A stretch of 64,000 nt of DNA, taken from NCBI GenBank assembly GCA_963831765.1, contig CAWHRH010000002.1, forward strand, positions 905,210 to 969,209, given 5' to 3'. Below are positions 31,952 to 46,166 of the stretch, piece after piece. Within the stretch, counting starts at the first letter, position 1, and every line of letters starts with the position of its first letter. Below the pieces are notes generated by a model. It did no database searches and was not told where the DNA came from. It was given only the letters and a program-made list of their open reading frames with translations. The translations under genes were made by a program, and so were the position numbers. Source of the stretch: an uncultured Gammaproteobacteria bacterium. GTDB lineage: Bacteria; Pseudomonadota; Gammaproteobacteria; Steroidobacterales; Steroidobacteraceae.

Positions 31952-32767
31952 TTAGCTCCAGTCGTCTCCGCCGCCCCCACCCAGGCCACCGCCGTCATCC
32001 CAGGAGCCGGAATCGTTGACCCCGAAATCGGCTCCGCCCATGTCGTTATTGCTGCATCGGCGCCTCGGCCGCGTCCGCAGCGGGTATCACGCCGCCGTCG
32101 CGCCGTCCGCCATCCAGGAAGTGATGCGCCAGTTCTTCGCCGGCCACCACGCCCGCGCCCACCGCCAGGCCCGACGCAAGACCGCCCGCGATCCCCGAGC
32201 CGATGCCGCCGCCGCCCATGGGCGCGGGACCGTATCCGGGGCCATATCCGCCCGGCGCGCCGCCCATGCCGGGGCCGGCGCCCGGTCGCCGGAGTATTGG
32301 ACGCATAGGTGTTGCGCCGACGGAAAACCATCATCAGCAGGGCCACCGACCACGACGCCGATGAGCAGCGCGCCCCACGGGAAACTGCGCTCGCGTGCGG
32401 TATCCGAAACCGGCAGGCCCGTCGGTCCCCTCGCGCTAAGCCCAAGCTGCGATTTCAATTCTTGAACCGAACGCGGGCTGAACGAGGTCAAGCCCGGATT
32501 GAGGCGCTCGGCGATGCCCAGTTCGACGCGCGCCATGGGAGTCTTGCCTTCCTTCGCGTACAGCTCCGCCTGCACGTAGTGCGCCTTGGCGCTGTTCGGA
32601 TGATCGGCCAGAACCTGCGTGATCATCTGCTGCGCCTGATCGAGATGACCCGCGGCGGCCGCCTCATAGATTTGATTCATGGTCGGATCGGCTTGCGCAA
32701 ACACCGGCGATGAGAACGCAAGAACGGCGCCCACGCTCAATGCAGCAGCAAGTATTAATTTCCGCAT
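31952..32767 (-). pseudogene. TPR-like secreted/membrane protein with Gly-rich C-terminal half, frame changes
   Basis: Signal peptide and TPR-like region from track ORF 32087..32767, a TM segment, and a Gly-rich part from 32046..32306 (GGAPGGYGPGYGPAPMGGGGIGSG). A possible G/D-rich tail runs to TAA 31952..31954. The protein may instead end at 32046. Confidence 0.45.
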
Positions 32768-32874
32768 TACAGGCCCCTTATGGGTCGAATTGACCCTCGG
32801 CCAGTTAGATATGGGCGTTCAGCCGAAGTTCAACGCCGCGGGCACGCAGCGACCCGGCGAACGGCCAGACGGGC

Positions 32875-33911
32875 TCAAATGACGCCGCGGCGCTTCTGGT
32901 CCAATTCAATGGATTCAAACAGCGCCTGAAAGTTTCCTTCGCCGAACCCCTCATTGCCTTTGCGCTGAATGATTTCGAAGAAGATGGGGCCGATGGCGTT
33001 CTTGGTGAAAATTTGCAGCAGAATGCCGCTGTCGAGACTGCCATCGATCAGTATTCGGCGCCGCTTGAGCTCTGCAGGGACTCATGATGACCCGCGACCC
33101 GTGCATCCACGCCTTCGTAGTATGTGTCGGGGGTGTCTTGGAACTCGACGCCGCGGCCGCGCAGGGCATCGACGGTCCGGTAGATGTCATCGCTTGCCAG
33201 CGCGATGTGCTGGATGCCTTCGCCCTTGTATTCGTTCAGGTACTCTTCGATCTGGCTCTTGTCGTCCTGGCTCTCGTTGATGGGGATGCGGATCTTGCCG
33301 CAGGGCGAGGTGAGCGCGCGCGAGAACAAGCCGGTCTCCTTGCCTTCGATGCTGAAGTAGCGAATTTCGCGGAAGTTGAAGAGCTTTTCGTAGAAGCCGG
33401 CCCACACATTCATGTTGCCGCGCCTGACGTTGTGGGTCAGATGATCGATGCGCGTGAGCCCGACCGGGGCCGGGTCGCGGCCGGCCGGTCCGGATGCGGA
33501 GGCTACCGGGACGAAGTCCACATCATAGATGGTGCGCTCGCCATAGCGATCGACGAGGTAGATCAGGCTGCCGCCGATTCCCTCGATCGACGGGATGTTC
33601 AGTTCCATCGGGCCCGCGGTGGCGGGTCCGGGCTTCGCACCCAATTCCAGCGCGCGCGAAAAGGCGAAGCGCGCATCGGCGACGCGAAACGCCATGGCGC
33701 AGGCGCAAGGCCCATGCGCGCGCGCGAACTTCTGCGCGAAGCTGTCGTGCTCCGCGTTGATGATGAAATTGATGTCGCCCTGGCTGTGCAGCGTGACATT
33801 CTTGGAGCGATGACGCGCGACCGCCGGCAATCCCATGCTCTCGAACAAACGCCGCAGCAGGTCCGGATCGGGCGCAGCGTACTCGACGAACTCGAAGCCG
33901 TCGGTGCGCAT
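32875..33911 (-). pseudogene. hppD: 4-hydroxyphenylpyruvate dioxygenase, one frame break
   Basis: Track ORF 33048..33911 (GFEFVEYAAPDP...IDHLTHNV...GEGIQHIALASDDIY). C-terminal ~60 aa lie in another frame ([50 protein letters not shown]), ending at TGA 32875..32877. Confidence 0.85.
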
Positions 33912-33941
33912 CGGATTCGCCGCATCGCTGCAGCTGTGCGT

Positions 33942-34547
33942 TCACGACGAGACGATGGCTTTGCTTTGCGTGGAGATGGCGGTGCCGAATACGTGATCCC
34001 ACAGAGACGTGGTCACGCCGAAGTTGCCGCGCTTCGGGCGAATGGTGGTGGCGCATGTGCCAGGCGCGAAGGTCGCTGAAATAGGCCGAGCGTGCGTTTG
34101 TGGGCGTGGTGATGGATGACGTGATGCACGTAGCCGTACCACCAGTAGCCGACCATGACCCCCACGGTCAGACCGTCCGCGACGTTGAATCCCAACCACC
34201 ACCACGACGGGCAACAATATGACGCTGAGCCACACCGTGACGCTGACCCAGGACGGCGTGCCGATGTAGGCCAGCGGCGCTCCATGGTGCAGGCTATGCA
34301 TGGGTGAAAAGACCGGCATCCGGTGCAAGGCGATCCGGTGAATCACGTATTCCAAAAACGTCCACAGCGTCAGACCCACCAGGCAGGCGGCGAGCCATTC
34401 CCAGCCGCTGTGCCAGGTGACATGGTTGACATTGACTGCCGTCAGCGCGATCACCGTGATGGGATACACCACGAAGTCGGAGTAGTAGGTGATTTGCTGG
34501 GTCGCATCGTTGCCCCTCGACTTATAAGGACTGCGCCATTTGACCAC
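33942..34547 (-). pseudogene. fatty acid hydroxylase / sterol desaturase-family membrane protein, frame changes
   Basis: Pieces in track ORFs 33942..34640, 34013..34285 and 33523..34056. Histidine clusters HRIALH, HSLHH, HHVIHHHAH and HMRHHH. The start is uncertain (GTG near 34547 proposed). Confidence 0.5.
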
Positions 34548-34626
34548 AGCCCGGCTCAAATGGTAGCGGAAGAATACTCTCCTCGCACGGCCTTCTCGTC
34601 TTACGCCCTTGTTACACTTCCCAAAT

Positions 34627-36004
34627 ATGCGAAAAACCATCGCTATTGTCGGTGCGGGATTCTCGCGGTACGGTGCTGGCCGCCAATCTATTGCGCCTTC
34701 CCGCCGGTTCGCGCCACCGACATCGTGCTGATCGAGCGTGGGGTCGCCATGGGCCGTGGTGTCGCGTATGCGGCCGATGAATTCCCCTATCTTCTGAACG
34801 TGCCGGCGGCGCGCCTGTCGGCCGATTCGCGCGATCCGCAGCAGTTCCTACGCTTCGCGCAAAGCCAGGCTGCAAAATGCCGACGGTGAGGATTTTCTGC
34901 CGCGCGCCCTCTACGGCGACTACTTGCAGGACGTGCTGCTGCGAGGCCGAGCGCGCGGCGCCGGCGCATGTTCGGTTGCAACGGGTATTCGGCGAGGTCA
35001 CCAACATTGTGCGTGCCCAAACCGGGCAGCCGTTGGTGGCGCATTTCAAGGATCGACCGCCGATATATGCAGACTCGGTGGTTCTGGCACTCGGTAACCC
35101 GCCGCCGGCGCCGCAGCCATGGGCCGCGAATGTACTGGAGCATGGGGCATTCCGGCAAGATCCCAGGGATTTGCCGAAGACCCTCACCGAGCAGCATTCG
35201 GTACTGATCGTCGGCAACGGATTGACGATGGCGGATGCGGCATCCGTCCTGGGCGCAGACGGCAGCGGCGGCCCGATGCTGCATACGATTTCGCGGCGCG
35301 GTCTCTTGCCGCGCCCGCAAGGTATTTTTCATACCAGCGCTGTGCGCGGCGGCGATGCGCTGCTGGCGTGCGCGCAGTCGCTGAGGCAGGTGCTCCGGGC
35401 CTGTCGGGCGATGGTGGGCGAGATAGAGAAAATGGGGGGCGATTGGCGCGAGGCCATCGCGCACATTCGAAGTTTGGTGCCGGTCCTCTGGAGCAGGCTG
35501 CCGGAGATCGAACGGCGTCGCTTCGTGCGTCACCTGCAAACTCATTGGGACATTCACCGGCACCGGCTTCCGCCGCAGTTGGTCACGCGCATCGAGCATT
35601 TGCGCCTTGCCGGCAGACTGCGCGTCAGCGCGGGGCGCATTCAGCACATTACCGCCATGGAACAGAGGCTGAGAGTATCGTGGCGCCCTCGCGGCAGCGC
35701 AGAATCCAAGACCCTGGTGGCGGATCTGGTGGTCAATGCGACCGGGCCCAATTATGCGATCGAGCGGTCGCGGGACCCGCTCACGAGCGCGCTGCGCACG
35801 GCCGGGCTGATCACGCCCGATGCCTTGCATCTGGGCATTCGCACGGCATCCTATGGGGCATGCCTGGACGCGCAGGGCCGCCCGGCCGGGGATCTTTATT
35901 ACCTGGGACCCATGCTGCGCGCCGATCATTGGGATGCAACCGCGGCCATCGAACTTCGCGATCACGCCGAGAAGCTCGCGGCTCATCTGGCGCGTTTAGC
36001 TTAG
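34627..36004 (+). pseudogene. FAD/NAD(P)-binding oxidoreductase-like protein, at least four frame changes near the 5' end
   Basis: ATG 34627 (MRKTIAIVGAGFSG dinucleotide-binding motif after frame repair). Then the frame of 34323..34889, an unlisted frame, and 34877..36004 (second VLIVGNGLTMAD motif). Confidence 0.6.
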
Positions 36005-36038
36005 GCCAGCGAGCCCGGCTCAGGCCAGCGGGCTCGAC

Positions 36039-37266
36039 TTACGCCAGCTCCTCGATCCCCTGCAGCAAACGCTGCAGTTCCTCGCGTGAGCTGTACATCG
36101 AGATACCGGTACGCAGCAAGCCGCCCCGCTCGGCGAGTCCCAGCACTTGTACCGCCCGTGCCGCATAGAAATGTCCGTCCCACACGCAAATGCCCCGCTT
36201 TGCCAGCGCCTCAGCCGCCGTGGCAGCGCTGGCGCGATTCAAGGTGATCGACACGGTCGGCGCACGCGCGCCGCCGCTGAAATCCGGTCCCCAAACCTGC
36301 ACGCCGGGAATGCGTGCGAACCGTGTCGTGATAGAACCTGGCCAGTTCGTGTTCGTAAGCGGATATGCCATTCATGGCATCGACGATGCGCTCTCTCAGT
36401 GTGGTGCCGCTGCCCCAGAGCGCGATGTATTCGACCGCGGCGCGCAGCCCGTCGATCGCCGCATGATTCAACGTGCCGGTTTCGATCCGGTAGGGAGCGG
36501 CCGGATCCTGCACGCTCAAGGCATCCGTCGGCAGCCGCTCGAGCGCGCCCGGCCGCGAATAGAGCACGCCGACGTGCGGACCGTAGAATTTATAGCCCGA
36601 ACACAGCAGAAAATCCGCGCCGAGCGCGGCGGCATCGATCAGAAAATGCGGCGCGTAATGCACCGCATCCACCACCAACAGCGCGCCGACGCTCAACGTG
36701 AGGCGGCGCGCCAGCGCGAGATCATTGACGGTGCCGAGCGCATTCGATGAAGCGCCCAACGCAAATATCTTAGTGCGAGGCGTGATCTTGGCGGCCATGT
36801 CGGCGCTGTCCAACAACCCCGACGGCAGCAGCCGCACCTCTCTGACGACGATGCCGCGCTCCTCCAGACGCAGCCAGGGTCCGCGATTGCCCTCGTGATC
36901 GAGCTGCGTGATGAGCACTTCGTCGCCCTGGGTCAGGGTGCGGGCAATCGCGCCGCTCAGCGCATAGTTGAGGGAGGTCATGTTTTGACCAAACGAGATG
37001 CAGCTTGCGGACTCGGCGCCCAAAAAGGCCGCCACGACTTCGCGCGCCCGGTCCATGCGCCGATCCACTTCCTGCGATGGCCAGAATTTGCCGTGTGTGT
37101 TGACGTTGCAGGTGCTGTAGAAATCGCCGATGGTGTCGATGACGACCTGCGGGACCTGGCTGCCCCCGGGGCCATCGAGATAGGCGAGATTCGCCCCCTG
37201 GCCGGTGCGCGTCAGAGCGGGAAAATCCTGGCGGCAGCGAAGGGAGTGTGCGGCGGTGAATGCCAT
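36039..37266 (-). pseudogene. class V aminotransferase / cysteine desulfurase-like PLP enzyme, one frame break
   Basis: Track ORFs 36211..37266 (LYSTCNVNTHG-type region, PLP-lysine context LLCSGYKFYGPHVG) and 36039..36371 (C-terminal domain). Confidence 0.7.
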
Positions 37267-37315
37267 TATAAAGTATGCAGGCGCTCACCGGGCGTGGCAA
37301 GGCGAATAGGGTGCT

Positions 37316-38485
37316 ATGAAATTTTCACCGTTGGTCGAGCGTGTCGCGGGCGAGAGCGTCGATGCGTGGACCATTCACTTGGCGGCCCGCGAGGCACAAC
37401 TGCGCGGAGAGGATGTCGTTGTCCTGAGCATCGGCGATCCGGATTTGCCGACGCCCGCGCCGGTATTGCAGAGGGCCATCGAAAGCCTGCGCGCCGGCGA
37501 CATTCGCTACACGCCCGCGGCCGGCCGCCTGGCCTTGCGCGACGCCATCGCGCATGCGCATCGGCAGCGCACGGGACAATCCGTGACGGCGGAGAATGTG
37601 ATCTTTCTGTCGGGGACGCAGAATGCGCTGTTTACCGCCTCCCTGTGCATCGCGAGCGCCGGCGATGAAGTGCTGGCGCTCGAGCCCTTGTATGCGAGCT
37701 ACCCTGCCACCATTCGCGCATCGGGCGCCCAGTTGGTGCGCGTGCCTGCCCCGGCGTCGCGCGCATTTCGTCCCGACTTGAAACTGCTCGAGGCGGCGAT
37801 CACGCCGCGCACCCGCGCCCTGTTCTTCGCGACGCCGAATAACCCAAGCGGCGTCATACTGAACGAAGAGGAACTGGATGCGATCGGCGAACTCGCGCGG
37901 CGTCATTCCTTGTGGCTGGTGGCGGACGAGGTGTATTCCGGACTGGCGCCCGATGGCAGGGTGCCCGGCCTGGCGGCGCGCCTGCCGGATCAGGTCATCA
38001 CCGTCGGCAGTCTTTCCAAGTCGCATTCGATGCCGGGACTGCGTGCGGGTTGGCTCGTGGGGCCCTCGCAGCTGGTGAAGCACGCGGAAGCGCTCTCGAT
38101 GTGCATGCTGTTCGGCTTGCCGGGCTTCATTCAGGAGGCGGCGATCACGGCGCTCGCACAATCCGCGACGGCGGAATCGAGGATTCGAGAATTTTGCAGG
38201 ACGCGGCGCGAGCAGCTGCTTGCGGGACTCGACGGCACGCCGGGAATACGCTGCTCCGTACCGGACGCCGGCATGTTTACGTTGATCGACGTGCGCGGCA
38301 CAGGTCTTAGCGGCAATGAATTCATGCATGGTCTGTATCGCGCGGAGCGTGTTTCAGTCATCGATGGCGGAGCGTTCGGCACCGAGACACGCGGGTTTGT
38401 GCGCTTGTGTTTTGCCACGGATGAGGCAACCTTGAGCGAAGGTGTGGCGCGCATCCGCCGCCACGCGGCCACTTTGACGAGGTAG
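37316..38485 (+). CDS. class I/II PLP-dependent aminotransferase
   Basis: Single 389-aa ORF. PLP-lysine context SLSKSHSMPGLRAGW. Confidence 0.8.
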   Translation: MKFSPLVERVAGESVDAWTIHLAAREAQLRGEDVVVLSIGDPDLPTPAPVLQRAIESLRAGDIRYTPAAGRLALRDAIAHAHRQRTGQSVTAENVIFLSGTQNALFTASLCIASAGDEVLALEPLYASYPATIRASGAQLVRVPAPASRAFRPDLKLLEAAITPRTRALFFATPNNPSGVILNEEELDAIGELARRHSLWLVADEVYSGLAPDGRVPGLAARLPDQVITVGSLSKSHSMPGLRAGWLVGPSQLVKHAEALSMCMLFGLPGFIQEAAITALAQSATAESRIREFCRTRREQLLAGLDGTPGIRCSVPDAGMFTLIDVRGTGLSGNEFMHGLYRAERVSVIDGGAFGTETRGFVRLCFATDEATLSEGVARIRRHAATLTR

Positions 38486-38486
38486 C

Positions 38487-39476
38487 ATGACGAAGCCAGC
38501 GGCGGATTTTGGCATCCTGGCGAGAACCGCCGGCGGTCCCGAGATGCTCGAATGGAGCGCGCTCGAAACCGCGCCACCGGGGCGCGGCGAAGCACGCGTC
38601 GCACAGCGCGCCATCGGCGTTAATTTCATCGACACCTATTACCGCAAGGGAGCTTATCCCTGGCCGACGTCGCCGTTGATACCCGGCGGCGAAGCGTCGG
38701 GAGTCGTCGAAGAGATCGGCGAGGGGGTCGCGGATATTCGCGTCGGCGATCACGTGGCGTACACGATGCCAATCGGCGCCTATCGCACGCGGCGGGTACT
38801 GCCCGCCGAGCGGCTGGTGAAACTGCCAGACGGAATTGACTTCGACGTGGCCGCTTCCCTGATGTTGAAAGGCATGACCACGCAGTTCTTGCTGACTTCA
38901 TGTTATCCGGTCAAGAAGGGCGATGTCGTGCTGGTGCATGCGGCGGCGGGCGGCGTCGGGTCGTTGATGGGGCAGTGGCTGAAATCCTTGGGCGCAATCT
39001 CCATCGGCACCGTGGGTTCGCCGGAGAAAGTCGCGGCCGCCAAGGCTGGCGGCTACTCCCACGCCATCGACTATCGCGCGCAGGACTTTGTCGCCTGCGT
39101 CAAGGAGATCACTTCGGGCAGGGGCTGCGATGTGGTCTACGATTCGGTGGGTCACGATACCTGGCGCGGTTCACTCAAATGCCTGCGCACGCGCGGCATG
39201 TTCGTGTGCTTCGGACAATCGTCGGGACCGATCACCGATTTTAAATTCTCGGATCTGGTCGCCGGCGGATCGCTCTTTGCCACCCGGCCGACGCTGTTCG
39301 ACTACATCAAGGCCCGCGATGAACTGCACACGCGTGCCGCGGATCTATTTGCAAAGGTGTTGGCGGGAGACGTCAAGGCGCATATCGGGCAACGTTTCGC
39401 GCTTCGCGAGGCAGCGCAGGCGCACCGGGAGCTCGAGGGCAGGCGCACCATCGGATCCACCGTGCTCCTGCCGTAG
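38487..39476 (+). CDS. qor: NADPH:quinone oxidoreductase (zeta-crystallin-type MDR)
   Basis: Single 329-aa ORF. VLVHAAAGGVGSLMGQWLK nucleotide-binding motif. Starts 1 nt after the preceding stop. Confidence 0.8.
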   Translation: MTKPAADFGILARTAGGPEMLEWSALETAPPGRGEARVAQRAIGVNFIDTYYRKGAYPWPTSPLIPGGEASGVVEEIGEGVADIRVGDHVAYTMPIGAYRTRRVLPAERLVKLPDGIDFDVAASLMLKGMTTQFLLTSCYPVKKGDVVLVHAAAGGVGSLMGQWLKSLGAISIGTVGSPEKVAAAKAGGYSHAIDYRAQDFVACVKEITSGRGCDVVYDSVGHDTWRGSLKCLRTRGMFVCFGQSSGPITDFKFSDLVAGGSLFATRPTLFDYIKARDELHTRAADLFAKVLAGDVKAHIGQRFALREAAQAHRELEGRRTIGSTVLLP

Positions 39477-39504
39477 TCTCCCGGCGGCCATTGGCGCGCG
39501 GCGG

Positions 39505-39987
39505 TCAAACATTCAACGGCAGCGCGGTTGATTCCTTGATCACGGTGACCGCCACCGAGGAATTCACGGATCGCACGCACGGGATGCGCGACAGATAGTC
39601 GAGGTAGAACGCCTCGTAGGCCTTGATGTTCCGGGTGACGATCTTCAGCAGGAAATCCCATTCGCCGGTGAGCGTGTAGCATTCGAGCACTTCCGCGCGG
39701 TCGCGGATCGCTGCTTCGAAATCGGCAAGGGCATCGCGGCCGGTGGTGGCCAGTTTGACGTGGGCGAAGATGGTCACATCCAGTCCCAAAGCATTGCGGT
39801 CCAGCAGCGCGACACGAGCCTTGATCACGCCGTTTTGTTCGAGCTGCTGGATGCGACGCCAGCAGGTGGTGGTCGACAGCTTCGTTTGCGCCGCCACCTC
39901 GGCAACCGACAAGGCACCGTGCCTCTGTAGAATGTCGAGGAGACGCAAATCCAGACGATCGATGGCTATTCGGTTGTTTTGTTCCAT
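39505..39987 (-). CDS. bkdR: Lrp/AsnC-family regulator divergent from the branched-chain keto acid dehydrogenase operon
   Basis: Single 160-aa ORF. HTH (LDLRLLDILQRHGALSVAEVAAQTKLSTTTCWRRIQQLE). Its position mirrors Pseudomonas bkdR. Confidence 0.75.
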   Translation of the reverse strand: MEQNNRIAIDRLDLRLLDILQRHGALSVAEVAAQTKLSTTTCWRRIQQLEQNGVIKARVALLDRNALGLDVTIFAHVKLATTGRDALADFEAAIRDRAEVLECYTLTGEWDFLLKIVTRNIKAYEAFYLDYLSRIPCVRSVNSSVAVTVIKESTALPLNV

Positions 39988-40072
39988 ATATTACTATTTT
40001 TCGGAATGAACATACCGGATTATTGGGGTGATCCCTAATGAATGCAACACATAAGGACTGGAGACGTAAATT

Positions 40073-42337
<2,265 letters not shown>

Positions 42338-42341
<4 letters not shown>

Positions 42342-43582
42342 GCCAATACACGTTCAAGATGCCGGACTTGGGTGAAGGTACGGTGGATGCTGAGATCGTC
42401 GCCTGGCACACCAAGCCCGGCGATGTGGTGACCGAGGATCAACTCATCGTCGAGGTGATGACCGACAAGGCAGCCGTGGAAGTGCCGGCGCCGGTGAGCG
42501 GCCGGGTGCTGTCCGTGACCGGCGCGCCGGGCGACAAGGTGGCGGTGGGATCTCCGCTCATCGTGTTCGAATTGAGCGATGGCGCGGTCGCGGCGCCATC
42601 CGGCCGGCGGCCCCTGCTGCGCCGGCCAAAGACAAAGCCGCATTCCGCAGCCGGCAGTGAACGACAGTGCCGCTGCGCCGAAGGCGACGACCGACCGTTC
42701 ACCAGGGCCGGGTGATGACATCGCCCGCCAATCGGCGCCGCGCGCGCGAAGCGGGCATCGATCTTGCCACGGTCGCAGGATCAGGCCCGGGGGGCCGCAT
42801 CGTGCGCGGCGATCTCGAAAGGACCGCGCCGGGCCTGAGCGGCGCGCCGGCATCGCGTGCTGCGGTGTCGGAAGTTACGGAAATCAAAGTGATCGGCTTG
42901 CGCCGGCTGATCGCTGAGCGCATGAGCGAGGCAAAGCGCAACATTCCGCACTTCGCCTACGTCGAAGAAGTCGACGTAACCGAACTTGAGTCGCTGCGGC
43001 TGCATTTGAATGCATCGCTACCACCGGGCGCGGGCTCCCTGAGTTATCTGCCGCTGGTGGTCATGGCGCTGACGCGGGTGCTGGAATCGTTTCCGCAATG
43101 CAACGCCTTGTACGACGCGGCGCGCGGCGTGCTGGTGCGCCATCGCGCCGTACACGTCGGCATCGCCACGCAGACCCCGGATGGCCTGAAGGTTCCGGTG
43201 CTGCGCAACGCGCAAGCGCTGGGGCTGTGGGAGTGTGGCCGCCGAAATTCGCCGGCTGGCCGATCGCGCACGCACCAACAAGGCGACCCGCGAGGAATTG
43301 GCCGGTTCCACCATCACGGTGACCAGCCTGGGCAAGCTCGGCGGCATCGCCTCCACGCCCATCATCAATGCGCCGGAAGTGGCGATCATCGGACTGAACA
43401 AGGCGGTCGAACGGCCGGTCGTGCATCAAGGCAGCGTGGCGGTGCGTCGAATCATGAACTTGTCGTCCTCATTCGATCATCGCTTCGTGGACGGTTATGA
43501 TGCAGCTGCAATGATTCAGGCTTTGAAAGAACTGCTCGAGCATCCGGCGACGATATTTATTCCTACGGTGAAATCCCCATGA
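42338..43582 (+). pseudogene. bkdB: dihydrolipoamide branched-chain transacylase E2, at least two frame changes
   Basis: Lipoyl domain from track ORF 42275..42715 (MSQYTFKMPDLGEGTVDAEIVAWH...EVMTDKAAVEV), E3-binding and core from 42667..43500, and catalytic end from 43235..43582 (SSSFDHRFVDG). Confidence 0.8.
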
Positions 43583-44589
43583 CCTCGCAACCTCAACGAC
43601 CCGCATTCGGCACCTTACTCACCTCGCACATGGCGGTGGCCTCACTATCGCGAAGGTCAATGGAGTCAAAGCGAGATCAAACCCGTCGCGCCGATCGAGA
43701 TCAGCCCCGCCGCGCATGTGCTGCACTACGCCAGCACCTGCTTCGAAGGTTTCAAGGCGTTTCGCCGCGCGGATGGCTCCGTGCATGTGTTTCGCATGGA
43801 TCGGCATATTCAGCGATTGCAGCAAAGCGCCCGCCAGCTGGTGCTTCCCGAGCCCGATGCCAAACAGGTGGCCGACATGGTGCGCGCCGTCATCACCCGC
43901 TGCCGCGACGCCGTGCCGGAAGCGCCGGGTGCACTGTACTTGCGCCCGATTCTGTTTGGCACGACCGCGAACATCGGCGCCGCGGCCACGCCCACGGCCG
44001 AGGCCTTGTTGATCGTGCTGGCGAGCCCGGTATGGGATTACTTCTCCGGCGGCATGAAGCCGCTGCGCATCCTCGTCGATGACGCAGAACACGCGCTCGG
44101 CGGAGCATATGGGCATGGTGAAGACCGGCGGCAATTACGCTGCGGCGCTGGGACCCACTTTGGCCGCCAGGGCGAAATATCAGGCGGATCAGGTGCTGTT
44201 CTGCCCCGGAGGGCAGGTGCAGGAGACAGGCGCGGCGAATTTTTTCCTGATCCGCGACGGCGAACTACTGACCCGCAGCCTCGATTCCACCTTCCTGCAC
44301 GGTGTGACGCGCGATTCGCTGCTGACGCTGGGGCGCGACATGGGTTATCGCGTGTCCGAGCGGAAGTTCGACGTGCTGGAAATGCTCGACTGGGTGCATA
44401 CCGGCGAAGCAGCGCTGTCAGGCACGGCCGCCGTGCTGGCGGGCGTGGGCACGTTGATCTATGCCGGCACAGAGCATCGGGTGGGATCCGGTGAAGTCGG
44501 GACACTTGACGCGCGCGCTGCGCGCGCAATTGGTCGCGGTTCAGCAGGGTGAGGCGCCCGATCGGCACGGATGGTTGGAACGCGTATAG
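43579..44589 (+). pseudogene. ilvE: branched-chain amino acid aminotransferase (class IV), at least four frame changes
   Basis: ATG 43579 overlaps the E2 stop (ATGA). Pieces in track ORFs 43579..44082, 43718..44494 (HVLHYASTCFEGFKAF) and 44079..44552 (MGMVKTGGNYAAAL), plus an unlisted C-terminal frame ending at TAG 44587..44589. Confidence 0.75.
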
Positions 44590-44641
44590 GAGCCTCGGGC
44601 ACGCTCCTAGTATTCCTCGCGGTCCTCTTCATCCTCATCGT

Positions 44642-44926
44642 CTAGTCGTCGTCGTCCTCGTCGTCTTCATCCTCGTCCCAGTCCTCGTCGTCTTCGTCCT
44701 CTTCCGCATCCTTTTCCGCCTTGGAGCCTGACCAACCCTCAGGCTCCTCGGTGAGTTCCAGATCGAGTTCCGCCCACTCGTCGACGTCCAGTTCTTCGGT
44801 GTCGCCGTCGAGGTGTTGAATCTCAACGGTTTCCTTGTCCTCATCGACCTTGAGCACTTGGAAGGTTTCATCGTTTTCCAGGTCCTCGTACCACTGTCCG
44901 ACGGTCGGTTCGTACTCTCTTCCCAC
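44642..44926 (-). CDS. hypothetical highly acidic protein
   Basis: Single 94-aa ORF. The C-terminal third is almost entirely D/E (EEDEDDEDWDEDEDDEDDDD). Confidence 0.5.
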   Translation of the reverse strand: MGREYEPTVGQWYEDLENDETFQVLKVDEDKETVEIQHLDGDTEELDVDEWAELDLELTEEPEGWSGSKAEKDAEEDEDDEDWDEDEDDEDDDD

Positions 44927-45015
44927 GGTTCAGTCCTTATTTGAGACGAGCGCTATCGCCTGCGCGAATATTAGGGGAGGCCGCTTGCTCAAGTAAATGG
45001 CAATATTGAGATCTT

Positions 45016-46166
45016 ATGACCATTGCCGACCGTAAAGTCGCCGCTCGCCGCTTAGTCGATGCAAAGCGCGTCGTCGTCAAAGTCGGCTCGACCTTGTTGG
45101 TGGATGGCGACAAGGGTCGGCTGAATCGAGCCTGGCTCGAGAGCCTGGCGGCGGATGTGGCCCTGTTTCGCAAGCGCGGGCAGGAAGTCATCTTGGTGTC
45201 CTCCGGCGCCATTGCGCTGGGCAGGCGCCACCTGAAGTTGGGATCCGGCAAGCTCAAACTGGAGGAAAGCCAGGCCGCCGCCGCCGTGGGACAAATACGC
45301 CTGGCGCACGCCTACAAGGAACTATTGGAGGCGCATGAAATCACGGTGGCGCAAATTTTGTTGACCTTGGGCGACACCGAACAGCGCCGCCGTTATCTGA
45401 ATGCGCGCGGCACGCTCATCCACTTTGCTGGCGCTCGGTGCCGTGCCGGTCATCAACGAGAACGATACCGTGGCAACCGCGGAGATCCGCTATGGCGACA
45501 ACGACCGATTGGCGGCTCGCGTCGCGCAGATGGTGGGGGCTGACTGTCTGGTGTTGCTGTCGGACATCGACGGCTTGTATACCGCGGATCCCAATGAGGA
45601 TCCCGATGCGCAGTTCATCGCGCGGGTACTGGAAATCACGCCGGCGATCGAGGCGATGGCCGGCGGGGCGGGCAGCGACATGGGCTCGGGCGGCATGCAT
45701 ACGAAGATCGCCGCCGCCAAAATTGCGGTGGGCGCCGGGTGCCATCTGTGCATCTCCAAGGGTGCCCTGCAGCATCCCCTGCAGAGCATCGAGGAGGGCG
45801 CGCGTTGCACCTGGTTTGTGCCGTCCTCGACTCCGCTGGCGATGCGCAAGCAATGGATCGCCGGCACGCTTGAAACCCGCGGGAGCCATTGCCGTCGATG
45901 ATGGCGCGGTTCGTGCATTGATGGGCGGCAAGAGTCTGTTGCCCGCCGGCGTGACCCGTGCGCTGGGGCGATTCGATCGCGGCGACACGGTGAGCATCAT
46001 CGGTCCGGACGGCACCGAGGTGGCGCGCGGCATCTGCGCTTATTCGGACGCAGACGCCGCCCGCATTATCGGCCGCAAGTCCGCCGACATCGAAAGTGTT
46101 CTGGGGTTCAGAGGCCGCGACGAAATCGTTCATCGGGACGATTTGGTGCTGTTGAGGATCGTTTGA
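45016..46166 (+). pseudogene. proB: glutamate 5-kinase, two frame changes
   Basis: Track ORFs 45016..45543 ([10 protein letters not shown]), 45401..45901 ([25 protein letters not shown]) and 45438..46166 (PUA-domain end). Confidence 0.85.

Noticed and set aside
44642-44720. Triplet-repetitive GA(C/G/T)-rich stretch that could be a tandem repeat or array
   Set aside because: It is the in-frame D/E-rich tail of the 94-aa acidic protein. There is no spacer/repeat architecture and it is not CRISPR-like.
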